Under the pieces are notes generated by a model that worked only from the letters and a program-made list of their open reading frames with translations, was not told the origin of the DNA and ran no database searches. From contig CM120640.1 in assembly GCA_051362555.1 (NCBI GenBank), positions 14,942,001 to 15,006,000 of the forward strand: a DNA stretch of 64,000 bases, in the 5' to 3' direction. Positions 49,821 through 64,000 of this stretch are shown one piece after another. This stretch comes from Lingula anatina (Eukaryota > Animalia > Brachiopoda). Numbering within the stretch: the first letter of the stretch is position 1; the number at the start of each line of letters is the position of its first letter. Position numbers and translations under genes: made by a program.

Positions 49821-52800
49821 TGTAAACAGCAATTTTAATTTATATATTAAAATATGATAAATGGATTTGGTTGGTCTCCAAGTGAAATTTGCTAAGTCAT
49901 CTAAGGTACACATTGATTTGCATGTATTTGAGTTGGTTTTACATTTTTAAATGTTGTAAATTTTCCTTGTAGGAAGTTCATTTGTACAAACTGTCATCAG
50001 AATTGTTATGAATGTCAGAAAAATGATATAGATTGATTATTAACACTTAATAGGTCAATGTGGCATTAATGAATAGGACAGCTCACCAGAATGGGACAGA
50101 CACATCATGCATAAGATTCTCGTATGATGGGAGGGTACTGGCAACCAGAGGAGGTGAGAGAATTAGTGTTTTACTTTAATACTCTTCAAAATTGGTCATC
50201 TCAAAGAAATTAGTAGTTGTGTAGAAATGAATTGAAGGCAATACTGGCAAAGTAATGTTGTATACAATGACAGTTATGGATAGAAACTAAAATAGTTAAA
50301 AAATGACAGATTTTATGTACAGCAAGAATATATATATATGGAGAGAAATTGAAATACAAATCTCATTCTGAAAAGTTTGTTTTTTTGTTTATTTTAGGTG
50401 ATGACACTCTTAAACTATGGGACATCAGGAATTTTAAAAAACCACTTGTAGTGGCTAATGATTTGTTCAACTTATTTCCTATGTAAGTGATATTATTAAA
50501 GGACTGAGTGCAAGTGCAAGAAGTGCAACTGCACTATTGAAAATGTTTAAATACCCTTTAAAGATGCATGGGACATTGAAATCCAACCAGTGCTGTTACT
50601 ACTACTACTACACCTACTTTTACTGCTGCTGCTGCTCCTACAGTTGCATACCCTACGGAACAACTTTGTATACATTTTTGTAAATTTTCAGTCAAATAAT
50701 TGATATAAAAATTTTAAGAAGTCAGTAAGTTATCTGACTACTGTTTTAAAATAATTTTTTTTAATTTGAGCATATAGAATTTATCTGTTAATAACATTTT
50801 TAAAATGAAGTGTTCTTAATTCTTTTTCCAGGACTGACTGCATCTTCAGTCCAGATGATAAAATGGTGGTGACAGGAATATCACTGAATAAAAATGAAAC
50901 TACTGGAAAACTAATTTTCTTTGAAAGAGAAACACTACAGAGGGTCACAGAAATGGAAATATCAAATTCTGTAAGCTAATTATGTCTTTTGTACAACAAT
51001 ATAGATGCAAAGACAGATTAATGAAATTCAGCTGTTGTGCCTGATGTAGGGGCTCATTCCTATTCTTTGTCAATAAAAGGGCACAGATGAGTCACCAATG
51101 TAAAAATTGTTTAATGTATATTTATGTATATTTATGTCAGCTTCCATTTATATGTGATAGGAACAAATCTTATTTATTTTAGTCATGAGGATAAGAAAAT
51201 GTAGAATCCACTGAATAATAAACTGATGTTTCTTTATGCATATTACACTTGGAAAGCAGAATATTTTTTATATATTTTCAGGTCAGATTGTTCAGGAAAA
51301 AGTTAAAGGAAAAATACATTTTCTCCATCTGATATCCTGATTAAAATATAGTCAATGGTTTCTTATTGTTTGTTACAGAATGTAGTAAGGTGTTTATGGC
51401 ATCCTAAGCTGAACCAGATAGTGGTAGGGTCAGGTGATGGAAAAGTCAAAATGTTTTATGACCCGGATCGCAGTCAAAGGTAAATTTTGTTTTTAGATAT
51501 CATTGTAACTGTGTCTTATTTTTTTTATGTCACCAGAGAATATCCTTTTTGTAACTACTTTTTAGTATCTAGGTTTCAAATTGGGATTTCACTGAAATTT
51601 TTATTTAACTGTTGCATTGTACTTCAATCCATTTTCAAGATGAATCTGTTAATTTCGGTTGTCTGTCCAAACTCCATTGCTGTTTTGTGTAAGGAGCTTC
51701 TGTGTCTGTTCTACTATTTTGTTGTGACTTTTTAGAACTTACCTTGTTTAAAAGTTTAAAACATACAATGAAGTCCTATATATATACTGGTATATGGACC
51801 AAGGTGTGTAAATTTTATTATTATTTCACAGGGGAGCTAAACTTTGTGTTGTGAAAACTAAGAGGAAAGTTCAGCAAGTAGAAGCAATGACAGCACAACG
51901 AATAATCACTCGTAAGTGGACCTTAAATATTATTTTCTTTACAATATTTTACTTCTTTGGTATTGATAAAAAATGGTGACACCTTGTTATTTTTAATTGA
52001 ATAATAATATCTCATTGATATATTTGAAGAAAAGGCATAGAATCTTTAGATAGTAGACAAAATTGTTGTATCAGATGTTATCCCTATCGTATTCAGATCA
52101 GTTAACATCAGTGCATATTTGTTTATCTGTGTTGTTGAATTTGTTGTTTTTAAAAGACATAAGTATGTGAAAAATGCACCTTCATATATACATCATACTC
52201 GTGACATTTATTGTAAGACAACCATAATCATTTCTTGATTTAAATTAGTTTGTAGCCATATCTAACCACCTTCACTTACACCTTTTCAGCCTATGCGTTG
52301 CCAATGTTCAAGGAGGAAAGGCAGAAAAGTACAAAGAAAATAACAGAGAAATCACGACAGGATCCAGTCAAGTCCAGGCGCCCAGATCTGCCAATAACAG
52401 GACCTGGTATTTAATTTTTTGTCCTTTCCTTTAACTTGAGGTGTATTTTATACTGCAAAGTCTGTTGAACATGAGTGGATTTTAGACTCTAAATGAATAT
52501 TCATTGTTATTATTATTATTATTGTATTACTTTAAAACATTTATATATTAATGAATTTGCTTATGCTGTTTATGTGTATTTGTAGAACAGTGTATCTGAA
52601 GTTGTAATTGAGTTTTTAGTTTAAAAAAAATTATCAGATTTTAATTTAAGAGTATGAAAATCAAAATTGACTCTCATCTTTAACCAAAACACTGCTGATT
52701 TTTTTGAATGAACATATTTATTGCTTAAAATATGTTGAAGAAAGATAAAGCTCATCATTCAACAGTTTTTAGCACACAGAAACTAAGTCTCAATGTCAAA

Positions 52801-53896
52801 TGAATACCACCAGGGATAATAACTCTTCATATGAGATCTATATTTCACAATAAAAACATTGTGAACAGCTCATAGAAATATAATACATATTCTGTATATT
52901 CTGTTGTACCACAAAAACTGAAGTTATAGCTATTATTCTGATGTCTGAGCTTGTCTTTAGACCACGTGACCTCCATTCATGGCCATACTCTGTTAAAATC
53001 TCTTAAGAGATTATAACAAAAAAGCAAACTTTTTAGAAAAAAAACAGGGACTAACTTTGAATGTAAAAATGGATTCATTAACCACTGGTAAGTATTGGAA
53101 AATTGTTGTTTACTCCAGGAAAATTAAATTTTTGGCCTAAATGAAGAGTTATTATCCCTTCAATTTTTTTCTACAGTCTCCAGTACTAGTGACACAGAAT
53201 ATTCAGCAGCTGTGTGTTTAAAAGATATTTTGTGGAATAGATCAATAACATGTGTTTTTGGTCATGATCTAAAGTTAAGTTTTGCCATTTTAGGTTCTGG
53301 AGGCCGTCTTGCAGCTCATGGTTCAACATTGTCTCAGTATGTAGCTCAACAAATAGTCATCAGGAAACATGATGAGAGAGACAAGGATCCAAGGGCGGCC
53401 ATTTTGAGGCATGCGGAGGATGCAGAAAAAAATCCTTATTGGGTCACTCCAGCATATTCTCAGTAAGGAATATGACTTTTTTTTTCATGAGTGTAAAATT
53501 TATCATAAAGCATGCATAAAAAAAAAAACAGATAAAATTTTCCTGGAAATTTAAACACTTTTCCATTTAACCAGCAGTGTTCACCATAATCAAAACCATT
53601 CACAGAATAGCAGTCCTTAAGTCTGTGTTTGAGTTTTAAGTTTTTATAAATTTACATATTTTTTTGTTAGTCACTTGAACTCAAATATATAAGCTCATAA
53701 TTCTCTGAATTGTTTTGGTTAGGGTATACCTTAATGACAAAGGGAAAAAGTGCTGTGTGTGTGTGTGTGTTTTTTTTTTATTGCATTGAAAAAATATTGC
53801 AGGTCTCAGCCTCAAAACATACTCCACCATGCAGTTGAGGATGAAGAAGAACCAGAGGAAGAGGGACCAATGTGGAAAAAACCAAAGACAAAATGA
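46388..53896 (+). CDS. WDR70: WD repeat-containing protein 70 (gad-1 homolog), ~17 exons
   Basis: Exons read KKARTFDFMSMFEETRKNAVERSKKTL (46761), LDPSGARLVTGGFDYDVKFWDFSGMD (48379), KGDQYLVDMASTR-GHTAMLN, DDTLKLWDIRNFKKP, CLWHPKLNQI, DPRAAILRHAEDAEKNPYWVTPAY and terminal PMWKKPKTK*. The start exon 46388-46409 is less certain. Confidence 0.93.
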
Positions 53897-55286
53897 AAAA
53901 AAAAAAAATCTAACAGCTTTTTCAATACATTTAGAAGGGCAGTCAAGCACCATTAAGTTGTTTAGAGGTTTTCTGATGTATGGGGATAAAGCATTAAACA
54001 AGAACATGTAAATATGTCCACAGACTTGTCTAAAAGAATGGTTTTCTGATGGGCAGAATTCGTTGTGTTGTTTCAGCTTTTGGAATTTATTAAATCTGTG
54101 TACTTATGAGTATCAGTGAAATATAAAAATTACCAGTTATACATCATGTTTCAAAAGCCCGGTTTATAGCGAGTCACCACTTGGCTAACCACCTTATTAA
54201 TTTTGTCTGGTTTAAGTTTTCATTTTCCTGCAAAGGTATTTTAAGAAATGAGACAAGAGAAATATTTGTGAGAGCAAAAATAAACTTCTATCAGGTTATT
54301 GAATTTTTTTTTTTTTCAAATCAAAATGAAGAGATAAGTCGGTGCACTTAAAAAATTGTAAAATTAAAATGCTATTTTATCAGACATTGGTGCATCTCAA
54401 CATGAATAAGTGTTGAATATCATACATATTCACTTAAAAATCTCAAAGAACTTTTTTGTAAGTTAATGCATCAAGTATTTGTCGGTATTCAGAGTCACAC
54501 GTTACCAGGTATTGTGTGAATGTTGATGTAGATGATGTAAATGTTTTGGATGATATTTTTATAATCAATAAACTTGTACAGCAAAGTTTTATTAATTACT
54601 CAGTGATATTCTACGGGTCTTTTTTCCCTCTAGGCAAATTAAATTTTTTTAATGTCTTCTCTTTTCATAAAATACAACTTTCTTTGAGCTATGAATTATA
54701 GAATTCGAAGTAGAAATGAGATAAAAATGTCATTACACAAGTTTCAAGATGTCATTATATTTCATATGCGGTTTATACAAACAATACACACCAGTAATTA
54801 CATTTAATAAAAAGTGTCAAATGAAAATCATATATCACAATTCTGACCTTACCAATGAATATTTATGTTACAAAAAGATGTGCTTAACAGTCATTTTACA
54901 ACTTAATGAAACAACAATCCCTATAAACTAAGTCATTTCAATCAGCACAATAAAAAATACAGGTACTCGGAAGAAAAACCCTGTATTGACCTAAAATATG
55001 TAAGATTGTTTTATTGTAGTTAGTCAACCATTTTTGAATGTGCACTTAACTGCCATTCTTCATTAGAGTATAGACAAAATGTTCCATTTGTCCAAGAATA
55101 GAGTATATCAAGACCTCTTACTTCACTTATGTAATGTTTTTGTACATGTGTAACCTTTTTCATCTTTTCTCTGTTAATTTAAAGAGATGAACCATTGTAT
55201 CAATCATTTTTTGTGATATTACATTTATATAGGTGTTTTATATATAAACATCAGAGACCTCATGTTTTTTCAATTCAATGTTTAAG

Positions 55287-57073
55287 TCACTTTTCCTTGC
55301 CAAAATTTAACTCCATTATCAAGTTATTTAGCTGTCTTGAAAATGCCTGAAAGGAAAACTTTTCAATGACTCTAAGTTTACCTGCCCTTCCCATCTCCTC
55401 TTTAGCGATAGGATTTTTCACAAAGTAAAGCATGGATTCAGAAAAGCTCTGTGGGGTGGGATCACACAAGAAGCCTGTTACTTTATCATCAACTGTTTCT
55501 ACAGGGCCACCACTTCTCACTGCTATTACAGGACACTGCATGAACATTGCTTCTACTGGTACAATACCAAAATGTTCTTTATCAGGAGTGTATATCAGAC
55601 TGGTGGCATTGCTAAGCAGTGATCTTTTTTCCGAATCACTGAAGGATCGAATAAATGAGACATGGGTCTGAACCCCAAGTTTTTCTGCTAGTTCCTTTAA
55701 TTCCAAGTAATGTTCTTTGTTTTCTGTGACCCTTTCATCATAGCCACCAGCCATTATCAGGTGTATGCCATACAGAGGAATGCTCTCCTTGAGTTTTGCT
55801 GAAAAAAAAGAACAACTTAGTAAACATTCTTGTAACTGGTAAGAACAGTCTAAGAACAATTCATTACTTGATAAAACTAAAAATTACACAAAAACTTCTA
55901 ACTTTTTTGCTCGGTGGTAAAATTCTATTTAAAGATGTCATATTCATTTAACATTATACTTCAATTCCAACTGAATGAATAATATGTCAAAATGTACCAA
56001 ATACCAATGACAAAACAAACAGCTGTTTATCAAACTGCTAAGATTAATTTAATCTTTAAAATAAACTGTAGCTTAACACAATGCTAGGTCAGATACCTAC
56101 CCAGCCCTTCTATTGCAAGTCCTAGATTTTTCTTACGTTCATATCTGTTGATTGACAAAAACAGTGTCTTTGTTTCTTTGGGTGGGCAATGACTTTTAGG
56201 AAGAGGATCTACAGGTTTTCCCAGTGTTGAGAGATTTGGTATAGGGTACAGCACCTCAGGGTTGATATGCCCAAGAGTCTTGAATGTGTCCTTGAATACA
56301 CCAGCTAGAATACAAATAACACATCAATAACATACATGTACCTGCTATGTGACTCTTGCACTACTTGATTTCTAGATGGAAATTAACCTGAAAGTTTAAA
56401 AATAATCTACCAAATACAAAATTTCAAAATTTGTAGTTTAAATTTAAATAATGCACATTACAAATATATCCACTGGAATGTTATTTTGATTGCTCATTTA
56501 CATGAAAGTGATATTGTAAGAGTTTTAAGTATCACTTCAATGAGTGACACGATAAACTGTACCTGTAAATTTACTGTTAACTAATATACAATGCGCCATT
56601 CCTGTTGTCCACTCCTCAAGCCAATCTATGGGCCAGCGGTACAGTCTTTTAAACATACTTTGTCTCTGGGTGAGCAACAGGTCGGGAAAATGGCAGTAAA
56701 ATATAATTTTTACTCTGGAAATTCGTAAAAAGGGAATGCATGCAGAAATCTGATCGCAGAAAATTATGTCTGGATTTATATCGCTGAAAAAGACAAGATA
56801 TATTGCTGCGTAAATCATCCGAATATATGCGCACAGAGCGGCACATCGACCGAAGACATGTCTGGGTAACCAGTCTCCAACAGCTGTAATTTTCAGTTGG
56901 CCATATCTGGTTTCTTCAAAGCAATGGCTTGGATCATGATGGGCAGTCACGAACTGGACAGAGTGACCGCTAGACTTCAATGCAAGCGCAGCATCAACAA
57001 CAGCTCTTTCTGCGCCTCCAATCCCAAGATCAGGATGGATGAATACAACATTAAGCTGTCTGTCTTCAGTCAT
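55287..57073 (-). CDS. ALG2: Alpha-1,3/1,6-mannosyltransferase ALG2; exons 57073-56563, 56304-56101, 55798-55287 (~408 aa)
   Basis: [64 protein letters not shown]; GT-AG junctions keep the frame. Confidence 0.96.
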
Positions 57074-57773
57074 TCTGCCTTTATGTGGGTGCACTCCTCA
57101 GGAGGTCGAAATTAATGTCAGTTTCATCACTCTTGTACGAATGTTGCAGCAAACGGAAGTGTGTGGAGGTGCGATGAATTCTGATCTTCATTTCATGAAG
57201 AGCTGAAATCACCTGTGTATATTGAATGTATTTTTCTTGATTATATATATCTGGTGCGTAATAAAGTGTTAACTTGCATATACAATGATAGTTTTATAAT
57301 GATATTTTAAAAATGAATATTTATCAGAATAAATGGTGTAATGCTGCTTTTGTAACTGTGCCGTAAATGCGCCGCATTACATCATTTTAATAATTAAGGG
57401 GCCTGTCAAAATTCATGAAAACTACTTATAGGGCCTACTTTTTACTTCTTCTGCCGCACAATGTACAATTACAGTTGGATTGCACAGTGGGGGCAATGAA
57501 AAGCTTTGACACGCCCCGATTTACTCCGAAGTTGAAATTATGCCTACTATAAAGAAATAGGGGTATCTCCTCTGTGTTTTCAGTATTAAAATGAAGCAAG
57601 TTTTGCGATTGATTACCATTAGGCCTATGTGATTTATTCCTGTTTGGCCTCTCTTCAAACCTAAATATAGCTTGACAGTCCTTAAAACATAAATATAGCT
57701 TGACAGTCCACAAATGAACAAGTGAAAATTGTCTCTCGCTGATTATGTTGGTAGTGTGCTGTTCATAAAAAAC

Positions 57774-58151
57774 AACTAGAAAAGCACTCGGAGAGCGCAG
57801 ACCTCCGCCAAGGCAGCAAAGTCTCCATCCAATGCCGTTTCACCCCTAAATTTTCGATATTTTTTATTATTGATTGATTATTGATCCGGATCACCACCAA
57901 AAACTAATCAGCTGTTCCTAGGCCCACTTCCGACAGTTCCTGAAAATTTCATCAAAATCGGTCCGTAACTTAGTTTTTTATTATTGATTGATTATTGATC
58001 CGGATCACCACCAAAAACTAATCTTCTCTTCCTTGGCCCACTTCTGACAGTTCCTGAAAATTTCATCAAAATTGGTCCATGAATTTTTGAGATATGTTGA
58101 TGACAGTCAAACAAACTGGGGTGAAAACATAACCTCCTTGGCGGAGGTAAT
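57774..58151 (-). mobile_element. Non-autonomous Helentron-associated element (HINE/DINE-1-like)
   Basis: Sub-terminal inverted repeats acctccgccaagg / ccttggcggaggt, terminal hairpin agcactcggagagcgc next to aactag, and two ~113-bp internal tandem units. Confidence 0.78.
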
Positions 58152-58903
58152 TATGGATACTATAGTATGGGACCACGAGGCTCTAACAACTCAATAAGTA
58201 CACAACAAATAAGAGATTACCTCCTGCAAATGTTTTAAGTCTTTGAAAAGCTTCCCACAAAGGTATTCTATCAAAGATTTTCTAATCGAACGTTCCCCGT
58301 AAAGTTAGCAATCTATTATACTGCTCAAGAATTGATGCTCGATGCTATATATAATGGCTGATAGGCCTACGTTTTTTTCTTTCTCCTTTCTTCTGTTGCG
58401 CTGTGTTCAGTCACAAAAAAAGAGACCAGTATAGTAGGGCCTAACATCAAACAGTGCTGGCATAAATATGCAACGAGTATATTTATGTTCAATGTTCAGT
58501 TGGTGTTAAATTCAAAAGCTTAATTTGGTCGTTTTTCATCAACTTTTACTTTTTAAATTTAAAATAATTGCACAGTGATCTGAAATTGGTAATGTAATTT
58601 TGTACCATTTTTGAGAAAAAATTTTGGAATACATTTTTAAAGAAAATGTATTGCACGCGTTTTTTATGATCTGACTAAGCAGGGAACATTTTTTGTTTTA
58701 TTTCTTTTGAATAAAAGGCATTCTGACGAAAACGATATGAAATGACCTAAAGAAAGAAAAAAGACGAAGTCTGTGGTCAATTATATTAATTTTTTTTTTA
58801 TTTCTTTGTAATTTAAATAAGACACTTTGATACAAGATGTCAATAAGAAAAACACTGGCTATTTTTTCGAGACTCGTTTAATTCTCATCCAGTAAAGACC
58901 TTC

Positions 58904-61900
58904 CTATTCTCTCCATGGAGACAAATCAAGTCCTGGCAACGCATTACAGTCCACATATGGATTGCTAAAAACAATAAAAATATATCAGCCCATGCATAGA
59001 CAAATTCATTTAAGTCAGTAAGAAAAATTATAAAAGTAATTGTACAGATGCATTTTTCAAGTCGTGTCATATGCATATACGTAAGTTAAACAGGTAAATA
59101 TAAGTTAAGTATTTTAATCAGTTTTACAACAGTCTTCAAAATACTGCCTTTCAATTGATATAAATACATGGTGATTATCTACTGATGACTTTGAAATGGA
59201 GGGGGGAGAATTTCAAGATATTAAATAAATGCCAAGATGTTCAAATGCCTATACAAACCTTTCACCAACGGCTTTCAAAGCCTGTTTTTGCACCTGTGTG
59301 ATGCCAGTATTTTCACACATCACTTTGGAAAGCAGGACACCTTTGATGCTCAACAGCTGATCTAAATCAGTAAAACAAACTTTGATCTTAATAAACTATA
59401 ACAAAATTACAATCTAACAAGGCATTGTGCTCATTATAGGCCTACTGTCATTTGCTACTGAATAAAATCATAGTTCAAAAACTGTTTTTTTTTCACAAAC
59501 CAACACGTCGATATTTAGGCCTGTAGTTTTCAAAGATATACAATGTTATTTCTCAGTGCGCTGACACTTTTGAGGGCTTATAGTCAAAAGTTTCACTTCG
59601 AGTGTTAGTGTAACATTACATATCAAAAATCTTGATTTTCTGAGGATTTCAACTCGTGTCCCTTAATCAATAAGGTATACCATATCCAAAACCGTTCACG
59701 GATAAGCTCCAGGCAGCTAGTTTTTGTGTCTCCCTCGTACCAGAGATAGAAACTGGTGAAATTTACTAGTGACAGTAAAAATTAGAAACTTAGAACTTGG
59801 AAACGAGTTTTGTAGTCGTATTTGTCTCAACGGTTTCGGTTTGGGCTTACCATAGCGAAAAATTGAATATTTCTGAAATTCCAGGAAACAACATTTTTTT
59901 CCTTTATAAACGACTTACGCGCCTTGTATGACTTTTTAAAAAGAAAAAGAAGTAAAACAGTATACTTTACCTTCAGTAAGCGCAGTTGCACCGCTGTGCT
60001 GATAAAAGTATCTGTCTCCATATTCGAGTCTGCGAAACTGCTGTCCTATGATGCAACTGAACGTTGGTCCCAGCAGACCGTTATTCCTCGGGATTTCTGA
60101 GACACCTGCAGTCCACAAGTCTATGTCATCTACGTGTCTGTAAAATAAGGTTAATAATCTAAAAAAATCAGTAAATTATCACAACAGTTACTGGAAATTT
60201 CAAATGATAAATGTTTCGCGGATATTCTCAAACTTTCAAAGTGACATTTTAGCCCAACGATCTTTCAAAAAACAATTTAGATTAAAATAATGATAGGTTA
60301 ATATCAGACAAATCGATTAGGTCAAATATACCTGTAAACAGACTGATACAACGTTCTCAGCCTCTCAGGAAGATCCTGCAATCCATCGAAATCTGTGGCT
60401 TTTTCTAATCCACATGCTTCCCGCATGGTGTTATAGGATGGCAAACCATGATCCCGACCCCTTTGAATATTCAGTGACACTAAATCGAAACCGGGCATGG
60501 CCACTGTGTTCTCGAAAAGATGGTTTGTGACTTCTTCGGTCACTTTGTTATCAACCTTTTGTGGGTGGGTATGCAGTAGACCATTGATTATACTCTTAAC
60601 GCCTCCCTGAAGCGAATCTAGGAGGGCAAAAGGACAGAAGAAATTGTCTCTGAGCCTCAGATTATCAGTATCAGTTTCTTGGTCAAAGCGGGGAATAAAA
60701 TTCTGCAAAAGTGAATGACCAAAACGATATGCCGCAGCAGAAAATTCATTTACAACTGTAGGGTTTACGGCGCTGTTGTAAGTTGAGCGTTGTGCTCCGG
60801 GTTTCACTTTCAGTCCATACGTCGTCATTCCACTTTCTCCGAGAATAATGGGCAGGAACTCGTTATATGTAATATGCTGCATCATGGCACCAAGAATCCT
60901 CCTGGCTTCTTGAAACAATCGTTCATCATTCCACTGAGGATTAAGTTTTGATAGAGCTCTGGCAATTCTGTTGTGTTCATATAGCCAGGTAGTGTGCATT
61001 GCAGTGAGACCAGGCTGTTCATTCACTCTCACGTCACCTGAAAAGAAACATGCGAGGTACTTCAAATGTTTCAAATGAATCGATAATAATTTATTATAAA
61101 CGCATCACTTCGCGTCTTTTTTGTCAATTTTTGGTTATATATTTATTTATCTATTTTTAAATCCTTAAGTTTTTTTCTCTCTTAATCTCTACGTCAGAGT
61201 CACACGGTTTTCGTAGCAGGATCCAGAAAAAAATTCAATTAAACCGAGCATCCTAAAAAAAATATCGCCTGTGCTATGACTAAAGCAAATCAATAAACCC
61301 TAATCTGAAAAAAAACTCCCCAGCACTTTTTGCCTACCTGCCGCAAAACAGACATCTTTTCCTTCTCGAACTTGACATTCAAGTTTCTTCTTTTCTTCCG
61401 TTTCTGCCCAGGGTAAATATCTGTCACTGTCTGCAGCACGAGACACTTTAAGCAGACCTTTTTAATGGGTAAGATAAAATTTTGAAGTCAAAACTACATA
61501 TAACACATACGCGTAATGTTCGCAAAATTTCAGATGGAACCCCGTTTTTTTAAATAGGTGACTCACCCAGCCTCTTACGCGCAAAAAAATTGAATGCAAA
61601 CATTTGAGACTTGTGTTCTTTGATGCGCTTTTCTTTTTTGTTACTAAGAATAGGCAGCACTGTCTAAAATACAAACAAAGATGATTTAAATACATCATTA
61701 TGTAAAAATAAATCCATTAAGTTAATTTGCATTTGTACCTCCAGTGAAATTTCTCAGTCTATCAAAGTCCTGGTCTCCGGAGCCGTAGACATTAGACGCA
61801 TCTATAAATGCTGTGTTGACGTTAAACTGCTCCCGGTAACCTAATGAGAGAAAGGAAACATCTATCAGATAATAATAACAATAAATATTCCATTTTCATG

Positions 61901-63506
61901 ATCAAATTGCAATGAAAGTTTAATCCCCCCACCCCCCGCAAAAAAAAAGCAAATGCTCGTACATGCATTTGTATTGATACAAAGCTAAAGATACAAGAAT
62001 CATGTCATCTTTTACCGTCTATACACAAGAGGCCATGACAAACCTATCCCCTGGTTGTCTTGGTATTGTTTGTGATTACCATCTCTTCCATATAAAAGGC
62101 ACTCACAACTCAGTATTTTGTTTCACATCTATGACAGATCCACAAGCAAATACAGCATATTTTTGGTTTTATGATCTTACCCAGTTCTCGTGAATCTTCA
62201 GAAGGTGCAGACCTCACAAAACTCATACAACCCTCTTCAAAGGTAGGGTCAGAACTGTCAATTTTAATGGGAAGGCATGCTTTGCTAAAAAGAAGAAATG
62301 AAAAACAACTTAATTTTGCCTGCTGTAAATAATGTTCATGTCCGAATTACTACTACGTGAAAATTTCACATTGAAAACAAAATATACATACAACTGTATT
62401 AATCTATCAACACCAACTTTCAACGCCAACAACATTTCAGAGGCCTGTCTTATGTTGACACAATTTGAGTTATCTATTGCCATTTTAAAATTATTTGGGT
62501 TAAATCTAATTGAACCTATACAAAGTTATAATTTGTTTTATTTTTGATAAAAAATATGAAAACGATCTTTTTTGAAAAAAGGTTTTTTTTTAATATCTAT
62601 AATTTTTTTTCGAAACCATTTACAGAAAGAAAAAAATTATCACAAGCTGAATCAATATCAATGGAATGTGTTGAGAATTTGACTTTTGTGCATTGTGATA
62701 ATCAAAGCAGCATACCTCTGATTCGACATCTTTGGGCAGCAATGTATGAAGTCGCCATTCTCATCTAAAATGGACACATATATAATAAAATATACAGAGA
62801 ACATGAACTTTTGAAAATGAGGTATTCTTATCATATCAATTTGTACATAGGTTAAAAATTATGTTTTCTTGAACTATCCACTTGTGTATATGTTTGTCTA
62901 TTTGCCTGAAAAACTATCTGTACAGGAAAGGAAAGGCCACCAATAAAATAAAATAAAGATGTAATTAAAGCTGATAATACATAAAAACTATAGAAAGCTG
63001 TATCTTGTGACCTTTATGTTTTTAAAAATTGTGACAGTTAATTTAGGCAAAACAAAAACTTTAATGACAAAAAGACTATTATTACAGAGCTACCGGAAAA
63101 ATAGACGATTTTAAATTTCAATGAACATTACACTTTTTTAACCAATCGAATTCACTATTTACTTTCTACTTAATCAATCAAATTAAATCGATCACGAACC
63201 CACCTGTCACCGGCAAGGTCAAAGTTATGTCATGATCTAAGAACTGCCCCCACTGCATCACCATAAGGGAGAGGGCGCGGTTGTCCAAGGCGGGTTCGTT
63301 ACCGGTATGGATGGCAAGGCTGACAGCACGCGGACCAGGTAACTTAAATCTTCGTCGTCTTCCCATGAAGATCACATCGTCGTCGTCTTGCAGATTGTCA
63401 TCGTCGTCGTCGTCGTCTTGCTGATTGTCATCGTTGTCGCCTTGCTGATGGTCATCTCTTTTCCCTCTTCTGAACACGACGCTGAACTTTCTGGGCTTCT
63501 TTATCC
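58904..63506 (-). CDS. Animal heme peroxidase (chorion peroxidase/peroxidasin-like catalytic domain), 5'-incomplete, at least 9 exons
   Basis: MQWGQFLDHD (exon 63204-63506), CMSFVRS (62181-62284), REQFNVNTAFIDASNVYGS, AGDVRVNEQPGL, AYRFGHS, NIQRGRDHGLP, GPTFSCIIGQQF and LDLSPWRE* (stop 58904-58906). Confidence 0.94.
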
Positions 63507-64000
63507 CTACAGTCAAAGGCATTCTATAGGTTAAGGCTACGCGTTGGACCTCCACAAAGCAAAGGAAATCTTTCCACAAAATTTCGAGAGTTTTCCGGTT
63601 TAATGTCAAGATATTCTCTATTCAAAACCGTTCAGAAATTTTTGATAAAATTCTCATCTCTAAACCTTTTTCAAGTTTAAAATTTTCTTAAATCTCCAGC
63701 CTTTTTCTCTATTTAAGTAACACAAAGACAAAGAAAAGTTAGAACTCGAAAACGGGTAAATGAATCTGAATTCTGTGATAAGATTTGAACAGAATGTACC
63801 TTGATGATGAAGGGGGAAATGTTGGAATGTGTTTTCCTTACGCTGTAACTGCTGTGCACTCAAACCATTTCATTAACTTTCATGCTTATCTAACTTTCAG
63901 GATATGACGTGCGAAGCACGCACAATTTAGAAATAATTATAATTCTTACAAAGTAAAAGAATCTTGCCAATGCCTAAATGCTTAACATTTATCAAAATGA

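Overview
AT-rich, intron-rich animal genomic DNA, probably a marine invertebrate (inferred; host not identifiable from sequence alone). The left two-thirds is a ~465-bp tandem satellite of ~41 monomers (~5.1-41.1 kb, with higher-order structure) carrying two clean insertions. The first is a 2.6-kb non-autonomous TIR element (TA target duplication) with its own ~305-bp internal tandem array. The second is a nearly intact 14,398-bp Maverick/Polinton (endogenous adintovirus-like element, 24429-38826) with 217-bp TIRs and a 6-bp TSD. It encodes a chromodomain integrase, minor and major capsid proteins, a basic core-like protein, an adenain protease, a packaging ATPase with a single in-frame stop, a single-BIR IAP-like gene, and a protein-primed PolB split by a 266-bp GT-AG intron inside motif B. 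The right third holds host genes WDR70 (+), ALG2 (-) and an animal heme peroxidase (-, 5' end not seen) with an Asp-rich insert between basic clusters, plus small MITE/HINE elements and a dense cluster of TAGGCCTA palindromes. All calls come from reading motifs by eye; no database searches were run.
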